A stretch of DNA of 41,230 bases from Prevotella sp. (GCA_031285625.1 JAITVV010000009.1:1-41230), one strand, 5' to 3'; counted from the first letter of the stretch, positions 1-9,656 are shown. A program made the numbers and translations. Notes: generated by a model not told the origin, from the sequence alone.

Positions 1-261
1 AAAGGTACTTTCAATCTGACAGAGACCGGTGATACCTTTATCGATATGGAAGACTGGGGTAAAGGGATTATCTTTATCAATGGGAAGAATATCGGCCGCT
101 ACTGGCATGTAGGGCCACAGCAGACACTTTATATCCCGGGAGTGTGGCTAAAGAAAGGAGAGAATGAGATCGTTATTTTCGAACAACTGAATGATAAAAT
201 ACATTCTGAAGTCAAAACTGTAAAAGTACCTGTATTGACTAAGTTGAAAGTTTCCCAATAA
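1..261 (+). CDS. beta-galactosidase (GH35), C-terminal part; truncated by window start
   Basis: Frame open from base 1: [61 protein letters not shown], the typical GH35 C-terminal GRYW-GPQ-TLY motif. Confidence 0.85.
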   Translation, partial: KGTFNLTETGDTFIDMEDWGKGIIFINGKNIGRYWHVGPQQTLYIPGVWLKKGENEIVIFEQLNDKIHSEVKTVKVPVLTKLKVSQ

Positions 262-310
262 TATGTTACCAAATCGCAACCTGCTGTAGTATTTACATAC
301 AAAAGAAATA

Positions 311-330
311 AATAGGTCTACGACTTTAAA
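311..330 (+). repeat. copy of AATAGGTC-N3-GACCT mini-hairpin motif (AATAGGTC-TAC-GACTT)
   Basis: aataggtctacgactttaaa matches copies at 10858, 12001 and 12821. Confidence 0.6.
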
Positions 331-354
331 AAGGGTGAGTATCTCACCCTTTTA
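329..354. terminator. bidirectional intrinsic terminator
   Basis: aaaagggtgag-tat-ctcaccctttt inverted repeat between convergent GH35 and LysR genes, overlapping the LysR stop. Confidence 0.8.
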
Positions 355-1270
355 TTGTTTCCGTAACAGAAGCTGGTATCATGTGTCTAGAGAAAATACT
401 CTGTAGTGTTTCCAACTCTTCTTTATAAATGGTCTTTTTCCGTTGAGCGAAATATAAAGTGTTTTCCAGAGGAGTGTATCCTTCCCATACTAATTGGATA
501 TTTCCTTTATCCAGTTGTTTTTGACACAGGAAATCAGGTATAATGGCAAATCCTTCCTTGCCTGATATACAGCGGATAATAGAACTCATATTAGGTACTA
601 TATAATTTGGCTTAAAGTCAGGTCTTTTTTTGAAATTATGAATCCAGAAATTTCTCAGGTGTTCCATATCACCTGTTGTTCCGAACCATGTCTGTTTGTT
701 TAGCCAGCTTTCTGCTTCTGCAGGGATTTTATCTTGCATTATTACCTGTAGTTCTGATATATTACTTTTTGCTCCTGCTACCAAAACTATTCTCTCTTTA
801 GAAAATGGGATGTATTGTATATTAAGTGATTCATCCTTTTGTGGAGATATGACAAAGTCAAGCAAACCTTTATCCAGATCACTTAACATATCCTGATAAA
901 CTCCAAACTTGGAGATCAGGTTGAATGGTAATTCGCTAATATAAGGTTCCAGAACATACTGAAAGGTTTCGAAGCATAAACCTATACTGATACTTGACTT
1001 ACCACAATCTGCATTCCTGTAAAAATGTTTTTCAGCTTCCTCGAGCTTTTTCACTCCCTCCACAATGGAGTTGTAGAGCATATTGCCATATTCGGTAGGA
1101 AGCATCTTTCGGGTACCCCTGTCGAATAACTTGTTACCAATATGTGCTTCCAGAGAATTTAGGTGCAGGCTAACTCCCGGCTGTGAAATAAACAGCTGGT
1201 TGGCTGCAGAAGTTAGGGAGCCTGTTTCATAAATTGCTTTGAAGGTTCTGAACCATTCTAGGTTGACCAT
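344..1270 (-). CDS. LysR-family transcriptional regulator
   Basis: N-terminal LysR HTH (GSLTSAANQLFISQPGVSLHLNSLEAHIGNKLFDR); 308 aa; divergent from NAD(P)H oxidoreductase. Confidence 0.95.
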   Translation of the reverse strand: MVNLEWFRTFKAIYETGSLTSAANQLFISQPGVSLHLNSLEAHIGNKLFDRGTRKMLPTEYGNMLYNSIVEGVKKLEEAEKHFYRNADCGKSSISIGLCFETFQYVLEPYISELPFNLISKFGVYQDMLSDLDKGLLDFVISPQKDESLNIQYIPFSKERIVLVAGAKSNISELQVIMQDKIPAEAESWLNKQTWFGTTGDMEHLRNFWIHNFKKRPDFKPNYIVPNMSSIIRCISGKEGFAIIPDFLCQKQLDKGNIQLVWEGYTPLENTLYFAQRKKTIYKEELETLQSIFSRHMIPASVTETIKG

Positions 1271-1279
1271 TGTTTATTT

Positions 1280-1346
1280 ATTATAATTATGATGCAAATA
1301 TATAATTTATATTATTTTATTTATTAATATAAAGTGATTATTTTTG
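1280..1346. promoter_or_regulatory. divergent Bacteroidota sigma70 -7 elements plus possible LysR box
   Basis: TATATTTG on minus (1295-1302), TATTTTTG on plus (1339-1346); near-palindrome attataattatgat at 1280-1293. Confidence 0.55.
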
Positions 1347-1372
1347 TGCCATTAATAATTAATAAGATTTAT

Positions 1373-1966
1373 ATGAAAAAGATTTTTGTAATAAATGGGG
1401 CGCCTAAATTTGCTCATTCAGGTGGAGAGTTTAATAAGACATTGTCTGCTTGGACTATGACTTATTTTCAGAATAAAGGTTATGAAATAAAATATACTGA
1501 TATAAATAATGATTATGATCCGGCAGAAGAGGTCAAGAAATTTGTGTGGGCAGATATGATTATTTATCATACCCCGATCTGGTGGTTTCAGATACCGAAT
1601 GATTTCAAGAAATATATAGATGTTGTATTTACCGAAGGACATCAAAATGGTATTTATTTCAGTGATGGAAGACGTTCGGCAAACCCTACCCGTAATTATG
1701 GTACAGGTGGCCTATTACAAGGACGTAAATATATGTTGACTACTACATGGAATGCACCGATAGAGGCTTTTACCCTGGAGGATGAGTTTTTTAAACAACA
1801 TAGTGTGGATGATGGGGCTATGTTTGGTTTTCATCGGATGAATGCTTTTGTTGGGTTAGAACCTGTTGAAAGTTTCCATTTCTATGATGTGATGAAAAAT
1901 CCTAATATAGAACAATCGGAAGAACATTATCTGGGGCATTTGAATAAAATTACTCAATCTATATAG
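1373..1966 (+). CDS. NAD(P)H dehydrogenase (quinone), MdaB-like flavodoxin fold
   Basis: WADMIIYHTPIWWF, DGRR..NYGTGG, TTTWNAP motifs; ATG 1373 chosen because the upstream GTG overlaps the -7 promoter. Confidence 0.9.
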   Translation: MKKIFVINGAPKFAHSGGEFNKTLSAWTMTYFQNKGYEIKYTDINNDYDPAEEVKKFVWADMIIYHTPIWWFQIPNDFKKYIDVVFTEGHQNGIYFSDGRRSANPTRNYGTGGLLQGRKYMLTTTWNAPIEAFTLEDEFFKQHSVDDGAMFGFHRMNAFVGLEPVESFHFYDVMKNPNIEQSEEHYLGHLNKITQSI

Positions 1967-1980
1967 TATATGTAGGTGGT

Positions 1981-2020
1981 AATAAAAAGGGTTGGTACTT
2001 ATGCACCAACCCTTTTTATT
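1981..2020. terminator. bidirectional intrinsic terminator
   Basis: aataaaaagggttggt-acttatgc-accaaccctttttatt, perfect 16-bp inverted repeat between convergent genes. Confidence 0.9.
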
Positions 2021-2037
2021 ATTATATAGAATACTAA

Positions 2038-2358
2038 TTAATATTCGCGTCTTCTGAAACCACCGTTTCCACCTCTGTTGTTGTCAAAGTTTCTGCGAGG
2101 GCGGTCTCCACCTTCTGTACGAGGACGAGCTTCAGATACTGAAATAGTTCTTCCGTCATATTCAGCACCATTAAGTTCTTCAATGGCTTTTTGTCCGGCT
2201 GCATTGTCTTCTAGTTCAACAAAACCATAACCTTTTGAACGGCCAGTAGCTCTGTCCATAATAACTTTTGCTGAAGTGATTTCACCGTACTCGTTGAATA
2301 AATCCTTCAAATCATTGTCGTTGATGCTGTAGCTCAACCCTGCAATAAAAATGTTCAT
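2038..2358 (-). CDS. RRM (RNP-1) RNA-binding protein with Gly/Arg-rich tail
   Basis: RNP2 IFIAGL, RNP1 KGYGFVEL, tail NNRGGNGGFRRREY. Confidence 0.95.
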   Translation of the reverse strand: MNIFIAGLSYSINDNDLKDLFNEYGEITSAKVIMDRATGRSKGYGFVELEDNAAGQKAIEELNGAEYDGRTISVSEARPRTEGGDRPRRNFDNNRGGNGGFRRREY

Positions 2359-2512
2359 TGTAAAAAAATAAAATTGTAAAAAATTAAATACTTTGCAGAA
2401 GAAGTAAATAATAATAGAAAGCTAAAAGATACTAAACAAGAAAGGTTACCAAGAAGGGAAAATGACTTGAGAAGAAATTTAAACTATATATATAAGAACT
2501 CTAATGCGGTAA

Positions 2513-2520
2513 CAAATGTA
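2513..2520 (-). promoter_or_regulatory. sigma70 -7 element (TACATTTG) for RRM gene
   Basis: Matches TAnnTTTG; about 150 nt upstream of ATG. Confidence 0.55.
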
Positions 2521-2613
2521 AAAATAAAATTCAGTTATTTAATGTTTTAACTGATTATTTTTTAGTTATGTTCTATATTTTAAGGATTTGTTACAAAAAA
2601 TTGATATAAAAGG

Positions 2614-3555
2614 CTAAGGGTTGAGCTTTTTGTAATTAAGGATAACATTTATTACCGCATCTTTATCTTTCCCAATCTGCTCTTTCAGTGTATCAATATT
2701 TGAGAATTTTTCATCGGGACGCACAAAATCAATAAACTCGGTCGTTAAGCTTTTATTATAAAGGTCTCCGTCGAAATCGAATAGATTGACCTCTACGCTT
2801 ATATTGTCTCCATTATGTAGGGTAGGGCGTTTCCCTATGTAAAGCATACCGTCATATTTCTTATTATCTACATGTACATAAACAGCATATACACCGAAGG
2901 CTGGAATCACTTTATATGTTTCCCATACCTGAATATTGGCTGTCGGAAATCCGATTGTACGTCCGACTTTAAACCCTTCAACAATTTTTCCCGAAATAGT
3001 ATAATTATATGATAGAAGTTTAGCCGCTTTTCTAATGTGTCCTTCTGCGAGTAGTTTGCGTATACGCGATGAACTGACATGGTCTGCTCCTGGTAATGGA
3101 AGAGCTTCTATAACATTCATATCTATCTCACGTCCGTATTGTTCATAATCACGGAATCCGTCTTCCCTGTTGTGCCCAAACCGATGATCATATCCAATAA
3201 CTAAAGTATTGACCGATAACTTATCTTTTAAGATACGTTGCATAAATTGCCAGGCTGATAGTTCTGATATCTCTTTAGTGAAATCAAGAGATACACAATA
3301 GTCGATGCCTGTTGTGGCTAGTCTCTCAATTTTTTCATCATAGCCGCATAACAATGCGGGTTGATAATCTTTTTGCAGTACTTTTCTGGGGTGTACGGGA
3401 AATGTTATAACAGCAGAAGGTAATCCGGCTTTTTCGGCTTCTTGCTTTACCTGATCTATCAGGAAACGATGTCCTGTATGCACTCCATCAAAGAAACCTA
3501 TAGTAGCAACTAGGGACGGATGCTCTATTTTATGTTCTCTGTCTATTAACTGCAT
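2614..3555 (-). CDS. ribF: bifunctional riboflavin kinase/FAD synthetase
   Basis: GFFDGVHTGH, GYDHRFG, SSSRIR, GRTIGFPTAN motifs. Confidence 0.97.
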   Translation of the reverse strand: MQLIDREHKIEHPSLVATIGFFDGVHTGHRFLIDQVKQEAEKAGLPSAVITFPVHPRKVLQKDYQPALLCGYDEKIERLATTGIDYCVSLDFTKEISELSAWQFMQRILKDKLSVNTLVIGYDHRFGHNREDGFRDYEQYGREIDMNVIEALPLPGADHVSSSRIRKLLAEGHIRKAAKLLSYNYTISGKIVEGFKVGRTIGFPTANIQVWETYKVIPAFGVYAVYVHVDNKKYDGMLYIGKRPTLHNGDNISVEVNLFDFDGDLYNKSLTTEFIDFVRPDEKFSNIDTLKEQIGKDKDAVINVILNYKKLNP

Positions 3556-3567
3556 AATATTTTACTT

Positions 3568-4197
3568 TTATAGTAATCCTCTATCAGTAAACACTTTTCT
3601 TAGGTCTTCGGTTTGATTGGCCTGATATGTTTCAAAGCCTAGCTCGCTTCCGATTTCTATATTTGCTTTTCCATCATCCAGAAAAAGAGTTTCGGAAGGT
3701 ACCATACCTGAGTCGGCTATTATGAAATCAAATATCTCCCTGTCAGGCTTTGCACAACCTATTTCGAATGATAAATAGCATTTGTCGAAATATGCCTGAA
3801 TAGGCAGGCCTTCAGGGGAAAAATCTTTTGTAGAAGCCCATTTGAGTACAGATGGGTTTGTATTACTTAATAAGTATACATTATATTTTTTACGGAGTTC
3901 CTTCAATAATTCGAATTTATATGGAGGAATCCCTACCAGAAAACCTAACCATCCGTGATCTATGTCTTCAGCTGATATATTTTCATTTCCTGCCAATCTA
4001 CGGAATTCTTTATAGAAGTTTTCAGGATCTATTTTACCTTCTTCATATTCCAGGAATATTCCTTCCTGACGAAATTCTCCTAAATATTCTTCAATATTAG
4101 GGAATCCAATAGCTGTAAAACGGTCTAACGCTTCCTGTTTATTAAGGGTTACGATAACCCCTCCTAGATCAAAAAGGATGTTCTTTATCTGAGACAT
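3568..4197 (-). CDS. HAD-family phosphatase (YihX-like)
   Basis: FDLGGV motif I, LSNT motif II, KPD motif III, FLDD motif IV. Confidence 0.9.
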   Translation of the reverse strand: MSQIKNILFDLGGVIVTLNKQEALDRFTAIGFPNIEEYLGEFRQEGIFLEYEEGKIDPENFYKEFRRLAGNENISAEDIDHGWLGFLVGIPPYKFELLKELRKKYNVYLLSNTNPSVLKWASTKDFSPEGLPIQAYFDKCYLSFEIGCAKPDREIFDFIIADSGMVPSETLFLDDGKANIEIGSELGFETYQANQTEDLRKVFTDRGLL

Positions 4198-4230
4198 ACA
4201 ATATAATTTTACTTATCAATGCAACATATC

Positions 4231-4247
4231 GGTCAGAGACCTTATTT
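4231..4247 (-). repeat. variant mini-hairpin AAATAAGGTC-TCT-GACC in HAD/ribF leader
   Basis: Reverse complement of ggtcagagaccttattt; lies between a TAACTTCG -7-like element (4253-4260, minus) and ATG 4197. Confidence 0.5.
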
Positions 4248-4334
4248 ATGTGCGAAGTTAGCTAATTATTCTTTAAGAGCTACTGTTTTCAAATTTGTAT
4301 TCGTATTTTTGTTTGATTATAAATATATATCAGA

Positions 4335-5057
4335 GTGCTTTATAAAACCAGAGGCTTAGTCTTAAGTACGATTAACTATAATGATAAATACCTTCTTGCC
4401 CAGATTTTTACAGAATCATATGGGCGGGTAACTTATATGGTCTCCAAGGCTAAAGGTAGAGGTTCGAAAGTGCCTAAATCATTATTTTCGCCATTAGCTA
4501 TTCTGGATATGGAAGTAGAGCACCAGGCATCCAGAGATATTCAGCGTATTCGCGAAGCCCGGCCAGATATGTACTTATATGATATGGCAGGTAACCTGGG
4601 TAAAACATCAATGGCATTCTTTTTATCAGAGTTTCTTACCCGTGTATTAAGGGATGCGGACGATAGTAAATTACTTTTTGAATTTCTTTACCAGTCTGTG
4701 CAAATATTGGAAATGACAGATAACAGCATTTCTAATTACCATCTGGTTTTTATGCTTAAACTCAGCCATTTTATGGGATTTTATCCTAATCTTGAGGAGT
4801 ATAGAGAGGGTAACCTGTTTGATATGATAAATGGTGAATTTGTTACATACCAGCCATTACATAACCATTACCTCAATAGGTATGATAGCAAGGCATTGTC
4901 TATGCTGGCACGTATATCATACGAAAATATGCATCACTTTGTTTTTTCCAGACAGGACAGAATTAATATAATAAACAGGATTTTGGAGTATTACCGTTTG
5001 CATCTGCATGATTTCCCTGCATTGAAATCTCTGGATGTATTACATGAATTATTTTAA
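4335..5057 (+). CDS. recO: DNA repair protein RecO
   Basis: KTRGLVL..INYND..IFTESYGR N-terminal OB fold; FMLKLSHFMGFYP; YYRLHL..LKSLDVL C-terminus; GTG start after TATTTTTG (4304-4311). Confidence 0.93.
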   Translation: MLYKTRGLVLSTINYNDKYLLAQIFTESYGRVTYMVSKAKGRGSKVPKSLFSPLAILDMEVEHQASRDIQRIREARPDMYLYDMAGNLGKTSMAFFLSEFLTRVLRDADDSKLLFEFLYQSVQILEMTDNSISNYHLVFMLKLSHFMGFYPNLEEYREGNLFDMINGEFVTYQPLHNHYLNRYDSKALSMLARISYENMHHFVFSRQDRINIINRILEYYRLHLHDFPALKSLDVLHELF

Positions 5058-5062
5058 CAGAT

Positions 5063-6856
5063 ATGACATTAGAAACTGTAAAAGAATCGTATAAAAGTTT
5101 AATTGAAAAAGAGAAAATAAAACTGTCTAAGCTTAAGACGTCGATATTCCAAATCGGAACTTTGCGATTGGTTATTGTAATAGCTTGTTTTATTCTTTGC
5201 TGGATTATGTGGAGCCATACATTGGTTGTATTAGTTATAATTGGTATTTCTATTGTACTTTTTCTTTTCCTGATGAAATACCACAATAGATTATTTTTGA
5301 GAAAAAGATATTGTGAATTATTAATTCAGAATTCAGAAAATGAATTAAAGGGGATCGATTATGATTTTTCTTCCTTCGACGGAGCTCCTGAGTTAGCTGA
5401 CGCTAATCATAGTTATAGTGTAGACTTGGATATGTTTGGTAGTCATTCTTTATTCCAATCCATGAACCGGACTGTAACATCTTTTGGAAAAGACAGATTA
5501 GCTAATACTTTACTGGAACCTTTTGAAAAAAAGGCAGATATTCAGGCACAGCAGGAAGCTATAAAAGAATTAGCCGGGAAGCCCGAATTATTGCATCATT
5601 TCAGAGCCATTGGGCAGATGACCGAAACGGATGACCTGAATATTCATTTCTTCTCTCAGCAGTTTATGCAAACGAAACTCCTTTCCATTAGTTTTTGGCG
5701 ATATTTTATTTATATTGCACCGCTTGTATTTGTGTTGTGTATTGTTTTATCTATTATTAATATACTGCCTGTATCTGTTCTTGGTCTATGCTGGACACTT
5801 TTCTTTCTTTTGAGCCTGGCACCATTGAAAGATATACGTTCCAAGATGAATCTGTTTGAAAAGAAGATCGATGTACTGCAGACTTATTCCAAGTTATTTA
5901 AGATTATTGAGAATGAAGAGTTCGAATCGGTTTTATTGAAGAAGATGCAAGGTAAGGTGAAAGACGTACAATCAGCCTCTTTGGCTATACACCAGTTGAA
6001 ATCATATAGCGATAATCTCGATCAGTCATCAACTGTATTAGGACTACTTATTCTGAATCCAATTTTTTTCTGGAATGTTATATTTTCCATAAAAATTGAG
6101 AAATGGATAATGTCTCATAAAGATAATATTTCAAGCTGGCTCAAGGTCTTGGCAAAATTCGATAGTTTGGTTTCATTGAGTGTGTTCACGTACAATCATC
6201 CCGATTATACTTATCCAGAGGTTTCAGAATCATATATATTGGATGGTAAAGATTTAGGACATCCTATGCTGAACAGAAATGTATGTGTACGTAATGATGT
6301 AACTATCGGTAAACATCCTTTCTTCCTTGTAGTCACTGGTGCTAATATGGCGGGCAAAAGTACATATCTGCGGACAGTAGGTATAAATCTGGTGTTAGCA
6401 TGTGCCGGCGTACCCGTTTGTGCTACTTCACTAACGTTTTATCCGTTCCAGTTGGTAACGAACTTACGTACATCAGATTCTTTGGCGGATAATGAGTCTT
6501 ATTTCTTTGCTGAATTGAAGCGCCTGAAAATGATTATAGATCGCTTGCAATCAGGGGAACAGCTTTTCATTATCCTGGATGAAATACTGAAAGGGACTAA
6601 CTCTGAAGATAAACAAAAAGGTTCTATTGCATTGATGAAGCAACTGGTTTCGCTCGATGGTAACGGAATTATTGCTACACATGATCTTGTATTGGGTAAT
6701 CTGGAAAAAGAATTTCCTGATGCAATCAAAAACTATAGGTTTGAAGCGGATATCAAGGACGAGCATTTATCCTTTACTTACAAGATAAGGGAAGGTGTTG
6801 CACAAAATATGAATGCCAGTTTCCTGATGAAGAAAATGGGGATAACCGGATTGTAA
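5063..6856 (+). CDS. MutS-related ATPase (domain V) with transmembrane segments
   Basis: Walker A TGANMAGKST, SYFFAELKRL, Walker B ILDEILKGTNS, IATHD; hydrophobic segments near aa 35-70 and 215-255; no mismatch-binding domain I. Confidence 0.9.
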   Translation: MTLETVKESYKSLIEKEKIKLSKLKTSIFQIGTLRLVIVIACFILCWIMWSHTLVVLVIIGISIVLFLFLMKYHNRLFLRKRYCELLIQNSENELKGIDYDFSSFDGAPELADANHSYSVDLDMFGSHSLFQSMNRTVTSFGKDRLANTLLEPFEKKADIQAQQEAIKELAGKPELLHHFRAIGQMTETDDLNIHFFSQQFMQTKLLSISFWRYFIYIAPLVFVLCIVLSIINILPVSVLGLCWTLFFLLSLAPLKDIRSKMNLFEKKIDVLQTYSKLFKIIENEEFESVLLKKMQGKVKDVQSASLAIHQLKSYSDNLDQSSTVLGLLILNPIFFWNVIFSIKIEKWIMSHKDNISSWLKVLAKFDSLVSLSVFTYNHPDYTYPEVSESYILDGKDLGHPMLNRNVCVRNDVTIGKHPFFLVVTGANMAGKSTYLRTVGINLVLACAGVPVCATSLTFYPFQLVTNLRTSDSLADNESYFFAELKRLKMIIDRLQSGEQLFIILDEILKGTNSEDKQKGSIALMKQLVSLDGNGIIATHDLVLGNLEKEFPDAIKNYRFEADIKDEHLSFTYKIREGVAQNMNASFLMKKMGITGL

Positions 6857-6880
6857 ATACTAATGTGCCAATGGTGCTAA

Positions 6881-6996
6881 GCGAATAGTTTTTCTTTAAA
6901 TTTATCTTATATAAGAAGCGCTCTATCATGTAAAGAAGAAAAGGTAACAGATAAAAACAGTAGAAAAGCTGTCACTTTTGTCACCTTTTTTCACTT
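6881..6996 (-). repeat. dispersed ~115-bp intergenic element, copy A
   Basis: Reverse complement aligns with 36010-36124; identical 18-nt core AAAAAAGGTGACAAAAGT. Confidence 0.75.
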
Positions 6997-7063
6997 AGCA
7001 AGTTAGCATCTGCTTTGTTATATATGAACTAATTAATGTATTTTTGTAACCAAACATCAACTT

Positions 7064-8332
7064 ATGGAAGACCTTTTACACTATATATGGAAGTTCAGGC
7101 TTTTTCAGAAAGAATTAAAAACTACAGATGGGCAATCCATCGAAGTAATTGATGTAGGCTTACCGAATACAAATGAAGGTCCGGATTTCTTTAATGCTAA
7201 AATAAAAATAGGGGATAAAGTTTGGGCGGGAAATGTCGAGATACACAGCGCATCGGATGAATGGGTCAGGCATAAGCATCATACAAATAAAAATTATAAT
7301 TCGGTTATACTGCATGTGGTAGAAAAAGCTAATTGTGAGGTGTTTAACGAATTAGGACAATCTGTTTTACAGTGTGAGATCTCTTATCCTGAGCATATTA
7401 GAGACAATTATAGTTTTCTCATTCATTCCAATACGGATATTCCTTGTTGCAATTATATCAGTTCTATGCCTTCAATTCATCTGAATTCATGGATGAACAC
7501 ATTATTGATAGAACGGCTGGAAAGAAAGTCAAACCATATACAGACTTTGTTAGACCGTTTTAATAATTCATGGGAAGATGTGTTTTATATATTACTTTCC
7601 CGGAATTTCGGATTTGGTCTTAATTCTGATTCTTTCGAACGCTTGGCACTAAGTCTTCCTCTGAAATATATTCAAAAGCAGGGTGATAATCTGATACAGA
7701 TAGAAGCCCTGCTGTTTGGGCAATCCGGTATGTTGGATAATATAAAAGTTGAGGACGACTATTTTACTCTACTTAAGAAAGAATATGAGTTTCTTAAAAA
7801 TAAATACGAACTCAAACCGTTAGATTCATATATATTCAAAAGTTTGAGATCACGGCCTACAGCTTTTCCCCAGATACGGATAGCTCAATTGGCGGCACTA
7901 TTGCATAGTTCACATGGTTTATTCTCAAGAGTTACAGGTTGTGAGGATTTGGGACGTATCCGGCTCATGTTTCATGTAAATGCCTCCGAATACTGGCAAA
8001 CGCATTATGCTTTTGGGGTAACATCAGAGCGAAAATCAAAATATCTGGGTGATGCGTCACTTGATATTATACTGATCAATACGGTAGCTCCGATTTTGTT
8101 TATATATGGAAGAAGTATTGATAGCGAAATGCATTGCGAACGGGCTCTTAAATTTTTAGAAGTATTGAAACCCGAACAAAATAGTATTACTAAACGTTTT
8201 GCCAAGTTGAAAATGCCATTGAACAGTGCAGCTGATTCCCAGGCAATAATTCAATTGAAGCGTGAATATTGTGAACTACATAAGTGTTTGTTTTGTAGAA
8301 TTGGACACCAGTTACTTATAGAAAAATTTTAA
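7064..8332 (+). CDS. DUF2851-family protein
   Basis: LLHYIWK, GPDFFNA..WAGNVEIH, SYNSVILHVV-type NYNSVILHVV, RPTAFPQIR and C-terminal CELHKCLFCRIG, recalled as typical of this family; TATTTTTG at 7039-7046. Confidence 0.8.
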   Translation: MEDLLHYIWKFRLFQKELKTTDGQSIEVIDVGLPNTNEGPDFFNAKIKIGDKVWAGNVEIHSASDEWVRHKHHTNKNYNSVILHVVEKANCEVFNELGQSVLQCEISYPEHIRDNYSFLIHSNTDIPCCNYISSMPSIHLNSWMNTLLIERLERKSNHIQTLLDRFNNSWEDVFYILLSRNFGFGLNSDSFERLALSLPLKYIQKQGDNLIQIEALLFGQSGMLDNIKVEDDYFTLLKKEYEFLKNKYELKPLDSYIFKSLRSRPTAFPQIRIAQLAALLHSSHGLFSRVTGCEDLGRIRLMFHVNASEYWQTHYAFGVTSERKSKYLGDASLDIILINTVAPILFIYGRSIDSEMHCERALKFLEVLKPEQNSITKRFAKLKMPLNSAADSQAIIQLKREYCELHKCLFCRIGHQLLIEKF

Positions 8333-8336
8333 TGAA

Positions 8337-9551
8337 ATGAAGTATATAGATCTCTTTAATCATCTGAAAAAGATAGAAAATTATATGGACAGTGAGATTG
8401 AGATAAACGACAATCTTGTGATACGTAATTTTACATTTGAGTCTAACTATCGTTTTATTCTACCGGGTGGCTTGGGAAACAATGATGACTATGAGTTTAT
8501 TCCTAGTGTGCCGCAAGATTATGAGCCGGACGTAATTCAACAAATGCTGAATAAGAAAGACTCGGAGATAATGGAGAATATAAAATTCCGTTATCATGTG
8601 ATAATGCCAAAACGGGAAATGAAGGCAAAAGGCATTATTTTTATGTTCCACGGATTCAATGAGAAGTGTTGGCACAAATATTTTCCTTGGGCGGTACATG
8701 TTGCCGAAAAAACGGGAAAATCAATCGTGATGTTTCCTATAGCATTTCATATGAATCGTGCTCCGGCTATATGGAGTAGTACCAGGGAGATGTACCGTGT
8801 CAGCGAACAGCGTAAAGAACGCCACCCTGATGTTATTTGTTCCAGTTTATCAAATGTAGCTATAAGCACACGATTGCATAACAAGCCTCAACGGTTTATC
8901 TGGTCGGGACTGCAAACATATTATGATGTAATTGACTTTGTAGAACATTTTAAGGAGGGGTTACATCCTTTTATCGATAGGGATGCATCGATCGACTTTT
9001 TCTCTTACTCTATCGGTACATTTTTAGGGGAAATACTAATGATGAGTAATAAAGACGGCCATTTCGATAACTCAAAATATGCTACATTCTGTGGGGGAGC
9101 GGTATTTAACCGTCTATCTCCGGTTTCTAAATTTATATTAGACAGCGAGGCCAATGTTAGTTTATATTCATTTGTTGTAGAGCATCTCGAAAGTCATATG
9201 AAAAGAGATGAGGTACTCAGGCACTATATGCATACTCACCCCGAAGGCAACAACTTCAGAAGTATGTTAAACTATAGGTCATTAACGAAGGATAGAGAAA
9301 ACCGGTTCAAGGAAATGTGTAACCAGTTTTATGCTATTACCTTGGCTAAAGATGAAGTTGTTCCGACCTATGAGGTTATCAATACGTTACAAGGCTCATC
9401 CAGAGATATCCCTATTCGTATCGAAGAGCTTGATTATCCTTATAAATATATTCATGAAGATCCATTCCCGGCATTAGCAAAAATTGCAGATGAGGTCGAT
9501 GAACAATTCAGATTCACTTTTGATAAAATCAGTGATTTTCTTTCTTCCTGA
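8337..9551 (+). CDS. alpha/beta hydrolase-fold protein (DUF6051-like)
   Basis: MFHGFNE, FPIAFHMNRAP, elbow-like FSYSIG, C-terminal HEDPF. Confidence 0.65.
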   Translation: MKYIDLFNHLKKIENYMDSEIEINDNLVIRNFTFESNYRFILPGGLGNNDDYEFIPSVPQDYEPDVIQQMLNKKDSEIMENIKFRYHVIMPKREMKAKGIIFMFHGFNEKCWHKYFPWAVHVAEKTGKSIVMFPIAFHMNRAPAIWSSTREMYRVSEQRKERHPDVICSSLSNVAISTRLHNKPQRFIWSGLQTYYDVIDFVEHFKEGLHPFIDRDASIDFFSYSIGTFLGEILMMSNKDGHFDNSKYATFCGGAVFNRLSPVSKFILDSEANVSLYSFVVEHLESHMKRDEVLRHYMHTHPEGNNFRSMLNYRSLTKDRENRFKEMCNQFYAITLAKDEVVPTYEVINTLQGSSRDIPIRIEELDYPYKYIHEDPFPALAKIADEVDEQFRFTFDKISDFLSS

Positions 9552-9656
9552 TTTATATAGATAAAAAACGCTATAGCTGTAATTAAAATAAAATTATTTA
9601 TGCGTTTCATGACATTATTTTTTTATTTCATATTTTAAAGTCGTCTCAACTTTATA

